Assembly (NCBI GenBank): GCA_002189035.1
Contig: NEEC01000120.1
Coordinates: 1-27,654, forward strand
Direction of reading: 5' to 3'
Origin: Utricularia gibba
Taxonomy: Eukaryota; Plantae; Magnoliophyta
DNA: 27,654 nt
A model generated the notes under the pieces. It saw nothing but the letters and a program-made list of their open reading frames with translations, did not search any database and was not told where the DNA came from. Numbering within the stretch: position 1 is the first letter of the stretch; each line of letters starts with the position of its first letter. This document shows, piece by piece, positions 11,701 to 26,700 of the stretch. The position numbers and the translations under genes were made by a program.

Positions 11701-14700
11701 GGAAGTAGTGCGCATGGATGTGAACGCCTAAAAGAGCGTGGGAGTTTGCACTAGAGACCATCAACCCGTTGAATCGTGTCGATGCTTGAGGGAAGACGAC
11801 CACCCATTCATCTTTGTACGTTGCATCGGACCTGGTTGAAAGTGAGGACGGAAAATTGGCTACACTCGTGAAGGTGCACGAGCAGTATGCTCAATCGGAT
11901 GATGGTCAAGCCGTTAGCATACGGAAAACACACTCGCGTGTTGCGCACGCGGCTTTAACGATTGCTTAACCGAGTGATCCCTTCTCTATGTCCATCCACA
12001 ATCTGGGTAAAAGGCATCCGGAGGTCAGGCATTGGAATGTCGTAAGGTATGAAGTATGCATGTTGCAAGGCGTGACCTGCTTGCGAAGCAATACCGATCC
12101 ATTCCACGTTACCCGCTTCTTTGCAAAGCCTGGAGGGAGAATGGAATTTTGCATCAGGAGTGGATGCCATGGGGGTCGAATTATAAGGGGAGGTGTGCGT
12201 TTGTTCCGTGAGCTATGTGGATTCGAAGCACAAGTGCTGGGTGGTCGAGTTATGGACTTTGGGTTAGGAGTGGCTACACTCTGGATCCACGATCGATATG
12301 TTCTTCGATGCTCTATGACTCATTTCTCATTCAATGATGTCCACTCAATAGTAGCTTACGTGGCTCGCAACGTATGTTTGATATAGATGACATCCTTTAA
12401 CCTGTATGGTCGAAGGTTTTCTCCTCCCAAACGTATAGCGGCATGCCCACTTTCGTGTCCAAATATTCAGGAGGTCGGGGTGGTAGCCATCTAACGGCTG
12501 GATAGCACATCCACATCGTATGTGCTCCGTAGAATGAATCCGAAAATGTTAATGTTTCCAACGCACGTTGTTGGAGATCGGGAAAGTACATGGAGTGTCC
12601 TTGGCCACATTCTAGTATTCATTGGATGCTGGCTGAGTTTGTTGCACAACAAAACACCCTCAAACGAGTAGCGATGGTGCACCATGATCCGCCATGGAGT
12701 GAACTCGTGACTCCTCTGCGTAAGTCTCACTTTGTTTCCATGGAAGATCATAAGGGAAAGCAATAGGAAAAACTAAGAAGTACTTGGTATCGTTGATGTT
12801 ACAACCCTGCATCATTGATCCTGATGTACCCCCTTCGTATCGTTGGACGACACATCAGTGGTGAAGTACTTGGCTAGAGTCCATGGGTTGGACTTTACGG
12901 TCCTATGGACGTGCGCATCAGTGCTGGTCTAATCTCCACGCATCCTCATATCTTTCAACGGCCGCGATAATAGACCAACGGTCTCCTTGTCCAGTCCATT
13001 CGCTAAGGAGTCCAGAACACCTGAAGGTAACGGCAAAGCTTGCGAGGCCCGTCCAGCAACGGAGAAAAGAAAGGAAGTAGTGCGCATGGATGTGAACGCC
13101 TAAAAGAGCGTGGGAGTTTGCACTAGAGACCATCAACCCGTTGAATCGTGTCGATGCTTGAGGGAAGACGACCACCCATTCATCTTTGTACGTTGCATCG
13201 GACCTGGTTGAAAGTGAGGACGGAAAATTGGCTACACTCGTAAAGGTGCACGAGCAGTATGCTCAATCGGATGATGGTCAAGCCGTTAGCATACGGAAAA
13301 CACACTCGCGTGTTGCGCACGCGGCTTTAACGATTGCTTAACCGAGTGATCCCTTCTCTATGTCCATCCACAATCTGGGTAAAAGGCATCCGGAGGTCAG
13401 GCATTGGAATGTCGTAAGGTATGAAGTATGCATGTTGCAAGGCGTGACCTGCTTGCGAAGCAATACCGATCCATTCCACGTTACCCGCTTCTTTGCAAAG
13501 CCTGGAGGGAGAATGGAATTTTGCATCAGGAGTGGATGCCATGGGGGTCGAATTATAAGGGGAGGTGTGCGTTTGTTCCGTGAGCTATGTGGATTCGAAG
13601 CACAAGTGCTGGGTGGTCGAGTTATGGACTTTGGGTTAGGAGTGGCTACACTCTGGATCCACGATCGATATGTTCTTCGATGCTCTATGACTCATTTCTC
13701 ATTCAATGATGTCCACTCAATAGTAGCTTACGTGGCTCGCAACGTATGTTTGATATAGATGACATCCTTTAACCTGTATGGTCGAAGGTTTTCTCCTCCC
13801 AAACGTATAGCGGCATGCCCACTTTCGTGTCCAAATATTCAGGAGGTCGGGGTGGTAGCCATCTAACGGCTGGATAGCACATCCACATCGTATGTGCTCC
13901 GTAGAATGAATCCGAAAATGTTAATGTTTCCAACGCACGTTGTTGGAGATCGGGAAAGTACATGGAGTGTCCTTGGCCACATTCTAGTATTCATTGGATG
14001 CTGGCTGAGTTTGTTGCACAACAAAACACCCTCAAACGAGTAGCGATGGTGCACCATGATCCGCCATGGAGTGAACTCGTGACTCCTCTGCGTAAGTCTC
14101 ACTTTGTTTCCATGGAAGATCATAAGGGAAAGCAATAGGAAAAACTAAGAAGTACTTGGTATCGTTGATGTTACAACCCTGCATCATTGATCCTGATGTA
14201 CCCCCTTCGTATCGTTGGACGACACATCAGTGGTGAAGTACTTGGCTAGAGTCCATGGGTTGGACTTTACGGTCCTATGGACGTGCGCATCAGTGCTGGT
14301 CTAATCTCCACGCATCCTCATATCTTTCAACGGCCGCGATAATAGACCAACGGTCTCCTTGTCCAGTCCATTCGCTAAGGAGTCCAGAACACCTGAAGGT
14401 AACGGCAAAGCTTGCGAGGCCCGTCCAGCAACGGAGAAAAGAAAGGAAGTAGTGCGCATGGATGTGAACGCCTAAAAGAGCGTGGGAGTTTGCACTAGAG
14501 ACCATCAACCCGTTGAATCGTGTCGATGCTTGAGGGAAGACGACCACCCATTCATCTTTGTACGTTGCATCGGACCTGGTTGAAAGTGAGGACGGAAAAT
14601 TGGCTACACTCGTAAAGGTGCACGAGCAGTATGCTCAATCGGATGATGGTCAAGCCGTTAGCATACGGAAAACACACTCGCGTGTTGCGCACGCGGCTTT

Positions 14701-17700
14701 AACGATTGCTTAACCGAGTGATCCCTTCTCTATGTCCATCCACAATCTGGGTAAAAGGCATCCGGAGGTCAGGCATTGGAATGTCGTAAGGTATGAAGTA
14801 TGCATGTTGCAAGGCGTGACCTGCTTGCGAAGCAATACCGATCCATTCCACGTTACCCGCTTCTTTGCAAAGCCTGGAGGGAGAATGGAATTTTGCATCA
14901 GGAGTGGATGCCATGGGGGTCGAATTATAAGGGGAGTGTGCGTTTGTTCCGTGAGCTATGTGGATTCGAAGCACAAGTGCTGGGTGGTCGAGTTATGGAC
15001 TTTGGGTTAGGAGTGGCTACACTCTGGATCCACGATCGATATGTTCTTCGATGCTCTATGACTCATTTCTCATTCAATGATGTCCACTCAATAGTAGCTT
15101 ACGTGGCTCGCAACGTATGTTTGATATAGATGACATCCTTTAACCTGTATGGTCGAAGGTTTTCTCCTCCCAAACGTATAGCGGCATGCCCACTTTCGTG
15201 TCCAAATATTCAGGAGGTCGGGGTGGTAGCCATCTAACGGCTGGATAGCACATCCACATCGTATGTGCTCCGTAGAATGAATCCGAAAATGTTAATGTTT
15301 CCAACGCACGTTGTTGGAGATCGGGAAAGTACATGGAGTGTCCTTGGCCACATTCTAGTATTCATTGGATGCTGGCTGAGTTTGTTGCACAACAAAACAC
15401 CCTCAAACGAGTAGCGATGGTGCACCATGATCCGCCATGGAGTGAACTCGTGACTCCTCTGCGTAAGTCTCACTTTGTTTCCATGGAAGATCATAAGGGA
15501 AAGCAATAGGAAAAACTAAGAAGTACTTGGTATCGTTGATGTTACAACCCTGCATCATTGATCCTGATGTACCCCCTTCGTATCGTTGGACGACACATCA
15601 GTGGTGAAGTACTTGGCTAGAGTCCATGGGTTGGACTTTACGGTCCTATGGACGTGCGCATCAGTGCTGGTCTAATCTCCACGCATCCTCATATCTTTCA
15701 ACGGCCGCGATAATAGACCAACGGTCTCCTTGTCCAGTCCATTCGCTAAGGAGTCCAGAACACCTGAAGGTAACGGCAAAGCTTGCGAGGCCCGTCCAGC
15801 AACGGAGAAAAGAAAGGAAGTAGTGCGCATGGATGTGAACGCCTAAAAGAGCGTGGGAGTTTGCACTAGAGACCATCAACCCGTTGAATCGTGTCGATGC
15901 TTGAGGGAAGACGACCACCCATTCATCTTTGTACGTTGCATCGGACCTGGTTGAAAGTGAGGACGGAAAATTGGCTACACTCGTAAGGTGCACGAGCAGT
16001 ATGCTCAATCGGATGATGGTCAAGCCGTTAGCATACGGAAAACACACTCGCGTGTTGCGCACGCGGCTTTAACGATTGCTTAACCGAGTGATCCCTTCTC
16101 TATCTCCATCCACAATCTGGGTAAAAGGCATCCGGAGGTCAGGCATTGGAATGTCGTAAGGTATGAAGTATGCATGTTGCAAGGCGTGACCTGCTTGCGA
16201 AGCAATACCGATCCATTCCACGTTACCCGCTTCTTTGCAAAGCCTGGAGGGAGAATGGAATTTTGCATCAGGAGTGGATGCCATGGGGGTCGAATTATAA
16301 GGGGACGTGTGCGTTTGTTCCGTGAGCTATGTGGATTCGAAGCACAAGTGCTGGGTGGTCGAGTTATGGACTTTGGGTTAGGAGTGGCTACACTCTGGAT
16401 CCACGATCGATATGTTCTTCGATGCTCTATGACTCATTTCTCATTCAATGATGTCCACTCAATAGTAGCTTACGTGGCTCGCAACGTATGTTTGATATAG
16501 ATGACATCCTTTAACCTGTATGGTCGAAGGTTTTCTCCTCCCAAACGTATAGCGGCATGCCCACTTTCGTGTCCAAATATTCAGGAGGTCGGGGTGGTAG
16601 CCATCTAACGGCTGGATAGCACATCCACATCGTATGTGCTCCGTAGAATGAATCCGAAAATGTTAATGTTTCCAACGCACGTTGTTGGAGATCGGGAAAG
16701 TACATGGAGTGTCCTTGGCCACATTCTAGTATTCATTGGATGCTGGCTGAGTTTGTTGCACAACAAAACACCCTCAAACGAGTAGCGATGGTGCACCATG
16801 ATCCGCCATGGAGTGAACTCGTGACTCCTCTGCGTAAGTCTCACTTTGTTTCCATGGAAGATCATAAGGGAAAGCAATAGGAAAAACTAAGAAGTACTTG
16901 GTATCGTTGATGTTACAACCCTGCATCATTGATCCTGATGTACCCCCTTCGTATCGTTGGACGACACATCAGTGGTGAAGTACTTGGCTAGAGTCCATGG
17001 GTTGGACTTTACGGTCCTATGGACGTGCGCATCAGTGCTGGTCTAATCTCCACGCATCCTCATATCTTTCAACGGCCGCGATAATAGACCAACGGTCTCC
17101 TTGTCCAGTCCATTCGCTAAGGAGTCCAGAACACCTGAAGGTAACGGCAAAGCTTGCGAGGCCCGTCCAGCAACGGAGAAAAGAAAGGAAGTAGTGCGCA
17201 TGGATGTGAACGCCTAAAAGAGCGTGGGAGTTTGCACTAGAGACCATCAACCCGTTGAATCGTGTCGATGCTTGAGGGAAGACGACCACCCATTCATCTT
17301 TGTACGTTGCATCGGACCTGGTTGAAAGTGAGGACGGAAAATTGGCTACACTCGTGAAGGTGCACGAGCAGTATGCTCAATCGGATGATGGTCAAGCCGT
17401 TAGCATACGGAAAACACACTCGCGTGTTGCGCACGCGGCTTTAACGATTGCTTAACCGAGTGATCCCTTCTCTATGTCCATCCACAATCTGGGTAAAAGG
17501 CATCCGGAGGTCAGGCATTGGAATGTCGTAAGGTATGAAGTATGCATGTTGCAAGGCGTGACCTGCTTGCGAAGCAATACCGATCCATTCCACGTTACCC
17601 GCTTCTTTGCAAAGCCTGGAGGGAGAATGGAATTTTGCATCAGGAGTGGATGCCATGGGGGTCGAATTATAAGGGGAGGTGTGCGTTTGTTCCGTGAGCT

Positions 17701-20700
17701 ATGTGGATTCGAAGCACAAGTGCTGGGTGGTCGAGTTATGGACTTTGGGTTAGGAGTGGCTACACTCTGGATCCACGATCGATATGTTCTTCGATGCTCT
17801 ATGACTCATTTCTCATTCAATGATGTCCACTCAATAGTAGCTTACGTGGCTCGCAACGTATGTTTGATATAGATGACATCCTTTAACCTGTATGGTCGAA
17901 GGTTTTCTCCTCCCAAACGTATAGCGGCATGCCCACTTTCGTGTCCAAATATTCAGGAGGTCGGGGTGGTAGCCATCTAACGGCTGGATAGCACATCCAC
18001 ATCGTATGTGCTCCGTAGAATGAATCCGAAAATGTTAATGTTTCCAACGCACGTTGTTGGAGATCGGGAAAGTACATGGAGTGTCCTTGGCCACATTCTA
18101 GTATTCATTGGATGCTGGCTGAGTTTGTTGCACAACAAAACACCCTCAAACGAGTAGCGATGGTGCACCATGATCCGCCATGGAGTGAACTCGTGACTCC
18201 TCTGCGTAAGTCTCACTTTGTTTCCATGGAAGATCATAAGGGAAAGCAATAGGAAAAACTAAGAAGTACTTGGTATCGTTGATGTTACAACCCTGCATCA
18301 TTGATCCTGATGTACCCCCTTCGTATCGTTGGACGACACATCAGTGGTGAAGTACTTGGCTAGAGTCCATGGGTTGGACTTTACGGTCCTATGGACGTGC
18401 GCATCAGTGCTGGTCTAATCTCCACGCATCCTCATATCTTTCAACGGCCGCGATAATAGACCAACGGTCTCCTTGTCCAGTCCATTCGCTAAGGAGTCCA
18501 GAACACCTGAAGGTAACGGCAAAGCTTGCGAGGCCCGTCCAGCAACGGAGAAAAGAAAGGAAGTAGTGCGCATGGATGTGAACGCCTAAAAGAGCGTGGG
18601 AGTTTGCACTAGAGACCATCAACCCGTTGAATCGTGTCGATGCTTGAGGGAAGACGACCACCCATTCATCTTTGTACGTTGCATCGGACCTGGTTGAAAG
18701 TGAGGACGGAAAATTGGCTACACTCGTAAAGGTGCACGAGCAGTATGCTCAATCGGATGATGGTCAAGCCGTTAGCATACGGAAAACACACTCGCGTGTT
18801 GCGCACGCGGCTTTAACGATTGCTTAACCGAGTGATCCCTTCTCTATGTCCATCCACAATCTGGGTAAAAGGCATCCGGAGGTCAGGCATTGGAATGTCG
18901 TAAGGTATGAAGTATGCATGTTGCAAGGCGTGACCTGCTTGCGAAGCAATACCGATCCATTCCACGTTACCCGCTTCTTTGCAAAGCCTGGAGGGAGAAT
19001 GGAATTTTGCATCAGGAGTGGATGCCATGGGGGTCGAATTATAAGGGGAGGTGTGCGTTTGTTCCGTGAGCTATGTGGATTCGAAGCACAAGTGCTGGGT
19101 GGTCGAGTTATGGACTTTGGGTTAGGAGTGGCTACACTCTGGATCCACGATCGATATGTTCTTCGATGCTCTATGACTCATTTCTCATTCAATGATGTCC
19201 ACTCAATAGTAGCTTACGTGGCTCGCAACGTATGTTTGATATAGATGACATCCTTTAACCTGTATGGTCGAAGGTTTTCTCCTCCCAAACGTATAGCGGC
19301 ATGCCCACTTTCGTGTCCAAATATTCAGGAGGTCGGGGTGGTAGCCATCTAACGGCTGGATAGCACATCCACATCGTATGTGCTCCGTAGAATGAATCCG
19401 AAAATGTTAATGTTTCCAACGCACGTTGTTGGAGATCGGGAAAGTACATGGAGTGTCCTTGGCCACATTCTAGTATTCATTGGATGCTGGCTGAGTTTGT
19501 TGCACAACAAAACACCCTCAAACGAGTAGCGATGGTGCACCATGATCCGCCATGGAGTGAACTCGTGACTCCTCTGCGTAAGTCTCACTTTGTTTCCATG
19601 GAAGATCATAAGGGAAAGCAATAGGAAAAACTAAGAAGTACTTGGTATCGTTGATGTTACAACCCTGCATCATTGATCCTGATGTACCCCCTTCGTATCG
19701 TTGGACGACACATCAGTGGTGAAGTACTTGGCTAGAGTCCATGGGTTGGACTTTACGGTCCTATGGACGTGCGCATCAGTGCTGGTCTAATCTCCACGCA
19801 TCCTCATATCTTTCAACGGCCGCGATAATAGACCAACGGTCTCCTTGTCCAGTCCATTCGCTAAGGAGTCCAGAACACCTGAAGGTAACGGCAAAGCTTG
19901 CGAGGCCCGTCCAGCAACGGAGAAAAGAAAGGAAGTAGTGCGCATGGATGTGAACGCCTAAAAGAGCGTGGGAGTTTGCACTAGAGACCATCAACCCGTT
20001 GAATCGTGTCGATGCTTGAGGGAAGACGACCACCCATTCATCTTTGTACGTTGCATCGGACCTGGTTGAAAGTGAGGACGGAAAATTGGCTACACTCGTG
20101 AAGGTGCACGAGCAGTATGCTCAATCGGATGATGGTCAAGCCGTTAGCATACGGAAAACACACTCGCGTGTTGCGCACGCGGCTTTAACGATTGCTTAAC
20201 CGAGTGATCCCTTCTCTATGTCCATCCACAATCTGGGTAAAAGGCATCCGGAGGTCAGGCATTGGAATGTCGTAAGGTATGAAGTATGCATGTTGCAAGG
20301 CGTGACCTGCTTGCGAAGCAATACCGATCCATTCCACGTTACCCGCTTCTTTGCAAAGCCTGGAGGGAGAATGGAATTTTGCATCAGGAGTGGATGCCAT
20401 GGGGGTCGAATTATAAGGGGAGTGTGCGTTTGTTCCGTGAGCTATGTGGATTCGAAGCACAAGTGCTGGGTGGTCGAGTTATGGACTTTGGGTTAGGAGT
20501 GGCTACACTCTGGATCCACGATCGATATGTTCTTCGATGCTCTATGACTCATTTCTCATTCAATGATGTCCACTCAATAGTAGCTTACGTGGCTCGCAAC
20601 GTATGTTTGATATAGATGACATCCTTTAACCTGTATGGTCGAAGGTTTTCTCCTCCCAAACGTATAGCGGCATGCCCACTTTCGTGTCCAAATATTCAGG

Positions 20701-23700
20701 AGGTCGGGGTGGTAGCCATCTAACGGCTGGATAGCACATCCACATCGTATGTGCTCCGTAGAATGAATCCGAAAATGTTAATGTTTCCAACGCACGTTGT
20801 TGGAGATCGGGAAAGTACATGGAGTGTCCTTGGCCACATTCTAGTATTCATTGGATGCTGGCTGAGTTTGTTGCACAACAAAACACCCTCAAACGAGTAG
20901 CGATGGTGCACCATGATCCGCCATGGAGTGAACTCGTGACTCCTCTGCGTAAGTCTCACTTTGTTTCCATGGAAGATCATAAGGGAAAGCAATAGGAAAA
21001 ACTAAGAAGTACTTGGTATCGTTGTGTTACAACCCTGCATCATTGATCCTGATGTACCCCCTTCGTATCGTTGGACGACACATCAGTGGTGAAGTACTTG
21101 GCTAGAGTCCATGGGTTGGACTTTACGGTCCTATGGACGTGCGCATCAGTGCTGGTCTAATCTCCACGCATCCTCATATCTTTCAACGGCCGCGATAATA
21201 GACCAACGGTCTCCTTGTCCAGTCCATTCGCTAAGGAGTCCAGAACACCTGAAGGTAACGGCAAAGCTTGCGAGGCCCGTCCAGCAACGGAGAAAAGAAA
21301 GGAAGTAGTGCGCATGGATGTGAACGCCTAAAAGAGCGTGGGAGTTTGCACTAGAGACCATCAACCCGTTGAATCGTGTCGATGCTTGAGGGAAGACGAC
21401 CACCCATTCATCTTTGTACGTTGCATCGGACCTGGTTGAAAGTGAGGACGGAAAATTGGCTACACTCGTAAAGGTGCACGAGCAGTATGCTCAATCGGAT
21501 GATGGTCAAGCCGTTAGCATACGGAAAACACACTCGCGTGTTGCGCACGCGGCTTTAACTATTGCTTAACCGAGTGATCCCTTCTCTATGTCCATCCACA
21601 ATCTGGGTAAAAGGCATCCGGAGGTCAGGCATTGGAATGTCGTAAGGTATGAAGTATGCATGTTGCAAGGCGTGACCTGCTTGCGAAGCAATACCGATCC
21701 ATTCCACGTTACCCGCTTCTTTGCAAAGCCTGGAGGGAGAATGGAATTTTGCATCAGGAGTGGATGCCATGGGGGTCGAATTATAAGGGGAGGTGTGCGT
21801 TTGTTCCGTGAGCTATGTGGATTCGAAGCACAAGTGCTGGGTGGTCGAGTTATGGACTTTGGGTTAGGAGTGGCTACACTCTGGATCCACGATCGATATG
21901 TTCTTCGATGCTCTATGACTCATTTCTCATTCAATGATGTCCACTCAATAGTAGCTTACGTGGCTCGCAACGTATGTTTGATATAGATGACATCCTTTAA
22001 CCTGTATGGTCGAAGGTTTTCTCCTCCCAAACGTATAGCGGCATGCCCACTTTCGTGTCCAAATATTCAGGAGGTCGGGGTGGTAGCCATCTAACGGCTG
22101 GATAGCACATCCACATCGTATGTGCTCCGTAGAATGAATCCGAAAATGTTAATGTTTCCAACGCACGTTGTTGGAGATCGGGAAAGTACATGGAGTGTCC
22201 TTGGCCACATTCTAGTATTCATTGGATGCTGGCTGAGTTTGTTGCACAACAAAACACCCTCAAACGAGTAGCGATGGTGCACCATGATCCGCCATGGAGT
22301 GAACTCGTGACTCCTCTGCGTAAGTCTCACTTTGTTTCCATGGAAGATCATAAGGGAAAGCAATAGGAAAAACTAAGAAGTACTTGGTATCGTTGATGTT
22401 ACAACCCTGCATCATTGATCCTGATGTACCCCCTTCGTATCGTTGGACGACACATCAGTGGTGAAGTACTTGGCTAGAGTCCATGGGTTGGACTTTACGG
22501 TCCTATGGACGTGCGCATCAGTGCTGGTCTAATCTCCACGCATCCTCATATCTTTCAACGGCCGCGATAATAGACCAACGGTCTCCTTGTCCAGTCCATT
22601 CGCTAAGGAGTCCAGAACACCTGAAGGTAACGGCAAAGCTTGCGAGGCCCGTCCAGCAACGGAGAAAAGAAAGGAAGTAGTGCGCATGGATGTGAACGCC
22701 TAAAAGAGCGTGGGAGTTTGCACTAGAGACCATCAACCCGTTGAATCGTGTCGATGCTTGAGGGAAGACGACCACCCATTCATCTTTGTACGTTGCATCG
22801 GACCTGGTTGAAAGTGAGGACGGAAAATTGGCTACACTCGTAAAGGTGCACGAGCAGTATGCTGAATCGGATGATGGTCAAGCCGTTAGCATACGGAAAA
22901 CACACTCGCGTGTTGCGCACGCGGCTTTAACTATTGCTTAACCGAGTGATCCCTTCTCTATGTCCATCCACAATCTGGGTAAAAGGCATCCGGAGGTCAG
23001 GCATTGGAATGTCGTAAGGTATGAAGTATGCATGTTGCAAGGCGTGACCTGCTTGCGAAGCAATACCGATCCATTCCACGTTACCCGCTTCTTTGCAAAG
23101 CCTGGAGGGAGAATGGAATTTTGCATCAGGAGTGGATGCCATGGGGGTCGAATTATAAGGGGAGTGTGCGTTTGTTCCGTGAGCTATGTGGATTCGAAGC
23201 ACAAGTGCTGGGTGGTCGAGTTATGGACTTTGGGTTAGGAGTGGCTACACTCTGGATCCACGATCGATATGTTCTTCGATGCTCTATGACTCATTTCTCA
23301 TTCAATGATGTCCACTCAATAGTAGCTTACGTGGCTCGCAACGTATGTTTGATATAGATGACATCCTTTAACCTGTATGGTCGAAGGTTTTCTCCTCCCA
23401 AACGTATAGCGGCATGCCCACTTTCGTGTCCAAATATTCAGGAGGTCGGGGTGGTAGCCATCTAACGGCTGGATAGCACATCCACATCGTATGTGCTCCG
23501 TAGAATGAATCCGAAAATGTTAATGTTTCCAACGCACGTTGTTGGAGATCGGGAAAGTACATGGAGTGTCCTTGGCCACATTCTAGTATTCATTGGATGC
23601 TGGCTGAGTTTGTTGCACAACAAAACACCCTCAAACGAGTAGCGATGGTGCACCATGATCCGCCATGGAGTGAACTCGTGACTCCTCTGCGTAAGTCTCA

Positions 23701-26700
23701 CTTTGTTTCCATGGAAGATCATAAGGGAAAGCAATAGGAAAAACTAAGAAGTACTTGGTATCGTTGATGTTACAACCCTGCATCATTGATCCTGATGTAC
23801 CCCCTTCGTATCGTTGGACGACACATCAGTGGTGAAGTACTTGGTTAGAGTCCATGGGTTGGACTTTACGGTCCTATGGACGTGCGCATCAGTGCTGGTC
23901 TAATCTCCACGCATCCTCATATCTTTCAACGGCCGCGATAATAGACCAACGGTCTCCTTGTCCAGTCCATTCGCTAAGGAGTCCAGAACACCTGAAGGTA
24001 ACGGCAAAGCTTGCGAGGCCCGTCCAGCAACGGAGAAAAGAAAGGAAGTAGTGCGCATGGATGTGAACGCCTAAAAGAGCGTGGGAGTTTGCACTAGAGA
24101 CCATCAACCCGTTGAATCGTGTCGATGCTTGAGGGAAGACGACCACCCATTCATCTTTGTACGTTGCATCGGACCTGGTTGAAAGTGAGGACGGAAAATT
24201 GGCTACACTCGTGAAGGTGCACGAGCAGTATGCTCAATCGGATGATGGTCAAGCCGTTAGCATACGGAAAACACACTCGCGTGTTGCGCACGCGCGGCTT
24301 TAACTATTGCTTAACCGAGTGATCCCTTCTCTATGTCCATCCACAATCTGGGTAAAAGGCATCCGGAGGTCAGGCATTGGAATGTCGTAAGGTATGAAGT
24401 ATGCATGTTGCAAGGCGTGACCTGCTTGCGAAGCAATACCGATCCATTCCACGTTACCCGCTTCTTTGCAAAGCCTGGAGGGAGAATGGAATTTTGCATC
24501 AGGAGTGGATGCCATGGGGGTCGAATTATAAGGGGAGTGTGCGTTTGTTCCGTGAGCTATGTGGATTCGAAGCACAAGTGCTGGGTGGTCGAGTTATGGA
24601 CTTTGGGTTAGGAGTGGCTACACTCTGGATCCACGATCGATATGTTCTTCGATGCTCTATGACTCATTTCTCATTCAATGATGTCCACTCAATAGTAGCT
24701 TACGTGGCTCGCAACGTATGTTTGATATAGATGACATCCTTTAACCTGTATGGTCGAAGGTTTTCTCCTCCCAAACGTATAGCGGCATGCCCACTTTCGT
24801 GTCCAAATATTCAGGAGGTCGGGTGGTAGCCATCTAACGGCTGGATAGCACATCCACATCGTATGTGCTCCGTAGAATGAATCCGAAAATGTTAATGTTT
24901 CCAACGCACGTTGTTGGAGATCGGGAAAGTACATGGAGTGTCCTTGGCCACATTCTAGTATTCATTGGATGCTGGCTGAGTTTGTTGCACAACAAAACAC
25001 CCTCAAACGAGTAGCGATGGTGCACCATGATCCGCCATGGAGTGAACTCGTGACTCCTCTGCGTAAGTCTCACTTTGTTTCCATGGAAGATCATAAGGGA
25101 AAGCAATAGGAAAAACTAAGAAGTACTTGGTATCGTTGATGTTACAACCCTGCATCATTGATCCTGATGTACCCCCTTCGTATCGTTGGACGACACATCA
25201 GTGGTGAAGTACTTGGCTAGAGTCCATGGGTTGGACTTTACGGTCCTATGGACGTGCGCATCAGTGCTGGTCTAATCTCCACGCATCCTCATATCTTTCA
25301 ACGGCCGCGATAATAGACCAACGGTCTCCTTGTCCAGTCCATTCGCTAAGGAGTCCAGAACACCTGAAGGTAACGGCAAAGCTTGCGAGGCCCGTCCAGC
25401 AACGGAGAAAAGAAAGGAAGTAGTGCGCATGGATGTGAACGCCTAAAAGAGCGTGGGAGTTTGCACTAGAGACCATCAACCCGTTGAATCGTGTCGATGC
25501 TTGAGGAAGACGACCACCCATTCATCTTTGTACGTTGCATCGGACCTGGTTGAAAGTGAGGACGGAAAATTGGCTACACTCGTGAAGGTGCACGAGCAGT
25601 ATGCTCAATCGGATGATGGTCAAGCCGTTAGCATACGGAAAACACACTCGCGTGTTGCGCACGCGGCTTTAACTATTGCTTAACCGAGTGATCCCTTCTC
25701 TATGTCCATCCACAATCTGGGTAAAAGGCATCCGGAGGTCAGGCATTGGAATGTCGTAAGGTATGAAGTATGCATGTTGCAAGGCGTGACCTGCTTGCGA
25801 AGCAATACCGATCCATTCCACGTTACCCGCTTCTTTGCAAAGCCTGGAGGGAGAATGGAATTTTGCATCAGGAGTGGATGCCATGGGGTCGAATTATAAG
25901 GGGAGGTGTGCGTTTGTTCCGTGAGCTATGTGGATTCGAAGCACAAGTGCTGGGTGGTCGAGTTATGGACTTTGGGTTAGGAGTGGCTACACTCTGGATC
26001 CACGATCGATATGTTCTTCGATGCTCTATGACTCATTTCTCATTCAATGATGTCCACTCAATAGTAGCTTACGTGGCTCGCAACGTATGTTTGATATAGA
26101 TGACATCCTTTAACCTGTATGGTCGAAGGTTTTCTCCTCCCAAACGTATAGCGGCATGCCCACTTTCGTGTCCAAATATTCAGGAGGTCGGGTGGTAGCC
26201 ATCTAACGGCTGGATAGCACATCCACATCGTATGTGCTCCGTAGAATGAATCCGAAAATGTTAATGTTTCCAACGCACGTTGTTGGAGATCGGGAAAGTA
26301 CATGGAGTGTCCTTGGCCACATTCTAGTATTCATTGGATGCTGGCTGAGTTTGTTGCACAACAAAACACCCTCAAACGAGTAGCGATGGTGCACCATGAT
26401 CCGCCATGGAGTGAACTCGTGACTCCTCTGCGTAAGTCTCACTTTGTTTCCATGGAAGATCATAAGGGAAAGCAATAGGAAAAAACTAAGAAGTACTTGG
26501 TATCGTTGATGTTACAACCCTGCATCATTGATCCTGATGTACCCCCTTCGTATCGTTGGACGACACATCAGTGGTGAAGTACTTGGCTAGAGTCCATGGG
26601 TTGGACTTTACGGTCCTATGGACGTGCGCATCAGTGCTGGTCTAATCTCCACGCATCCTCATATCTTTCAACGGCCGCGATAATAGACCAACGGTCTCCT

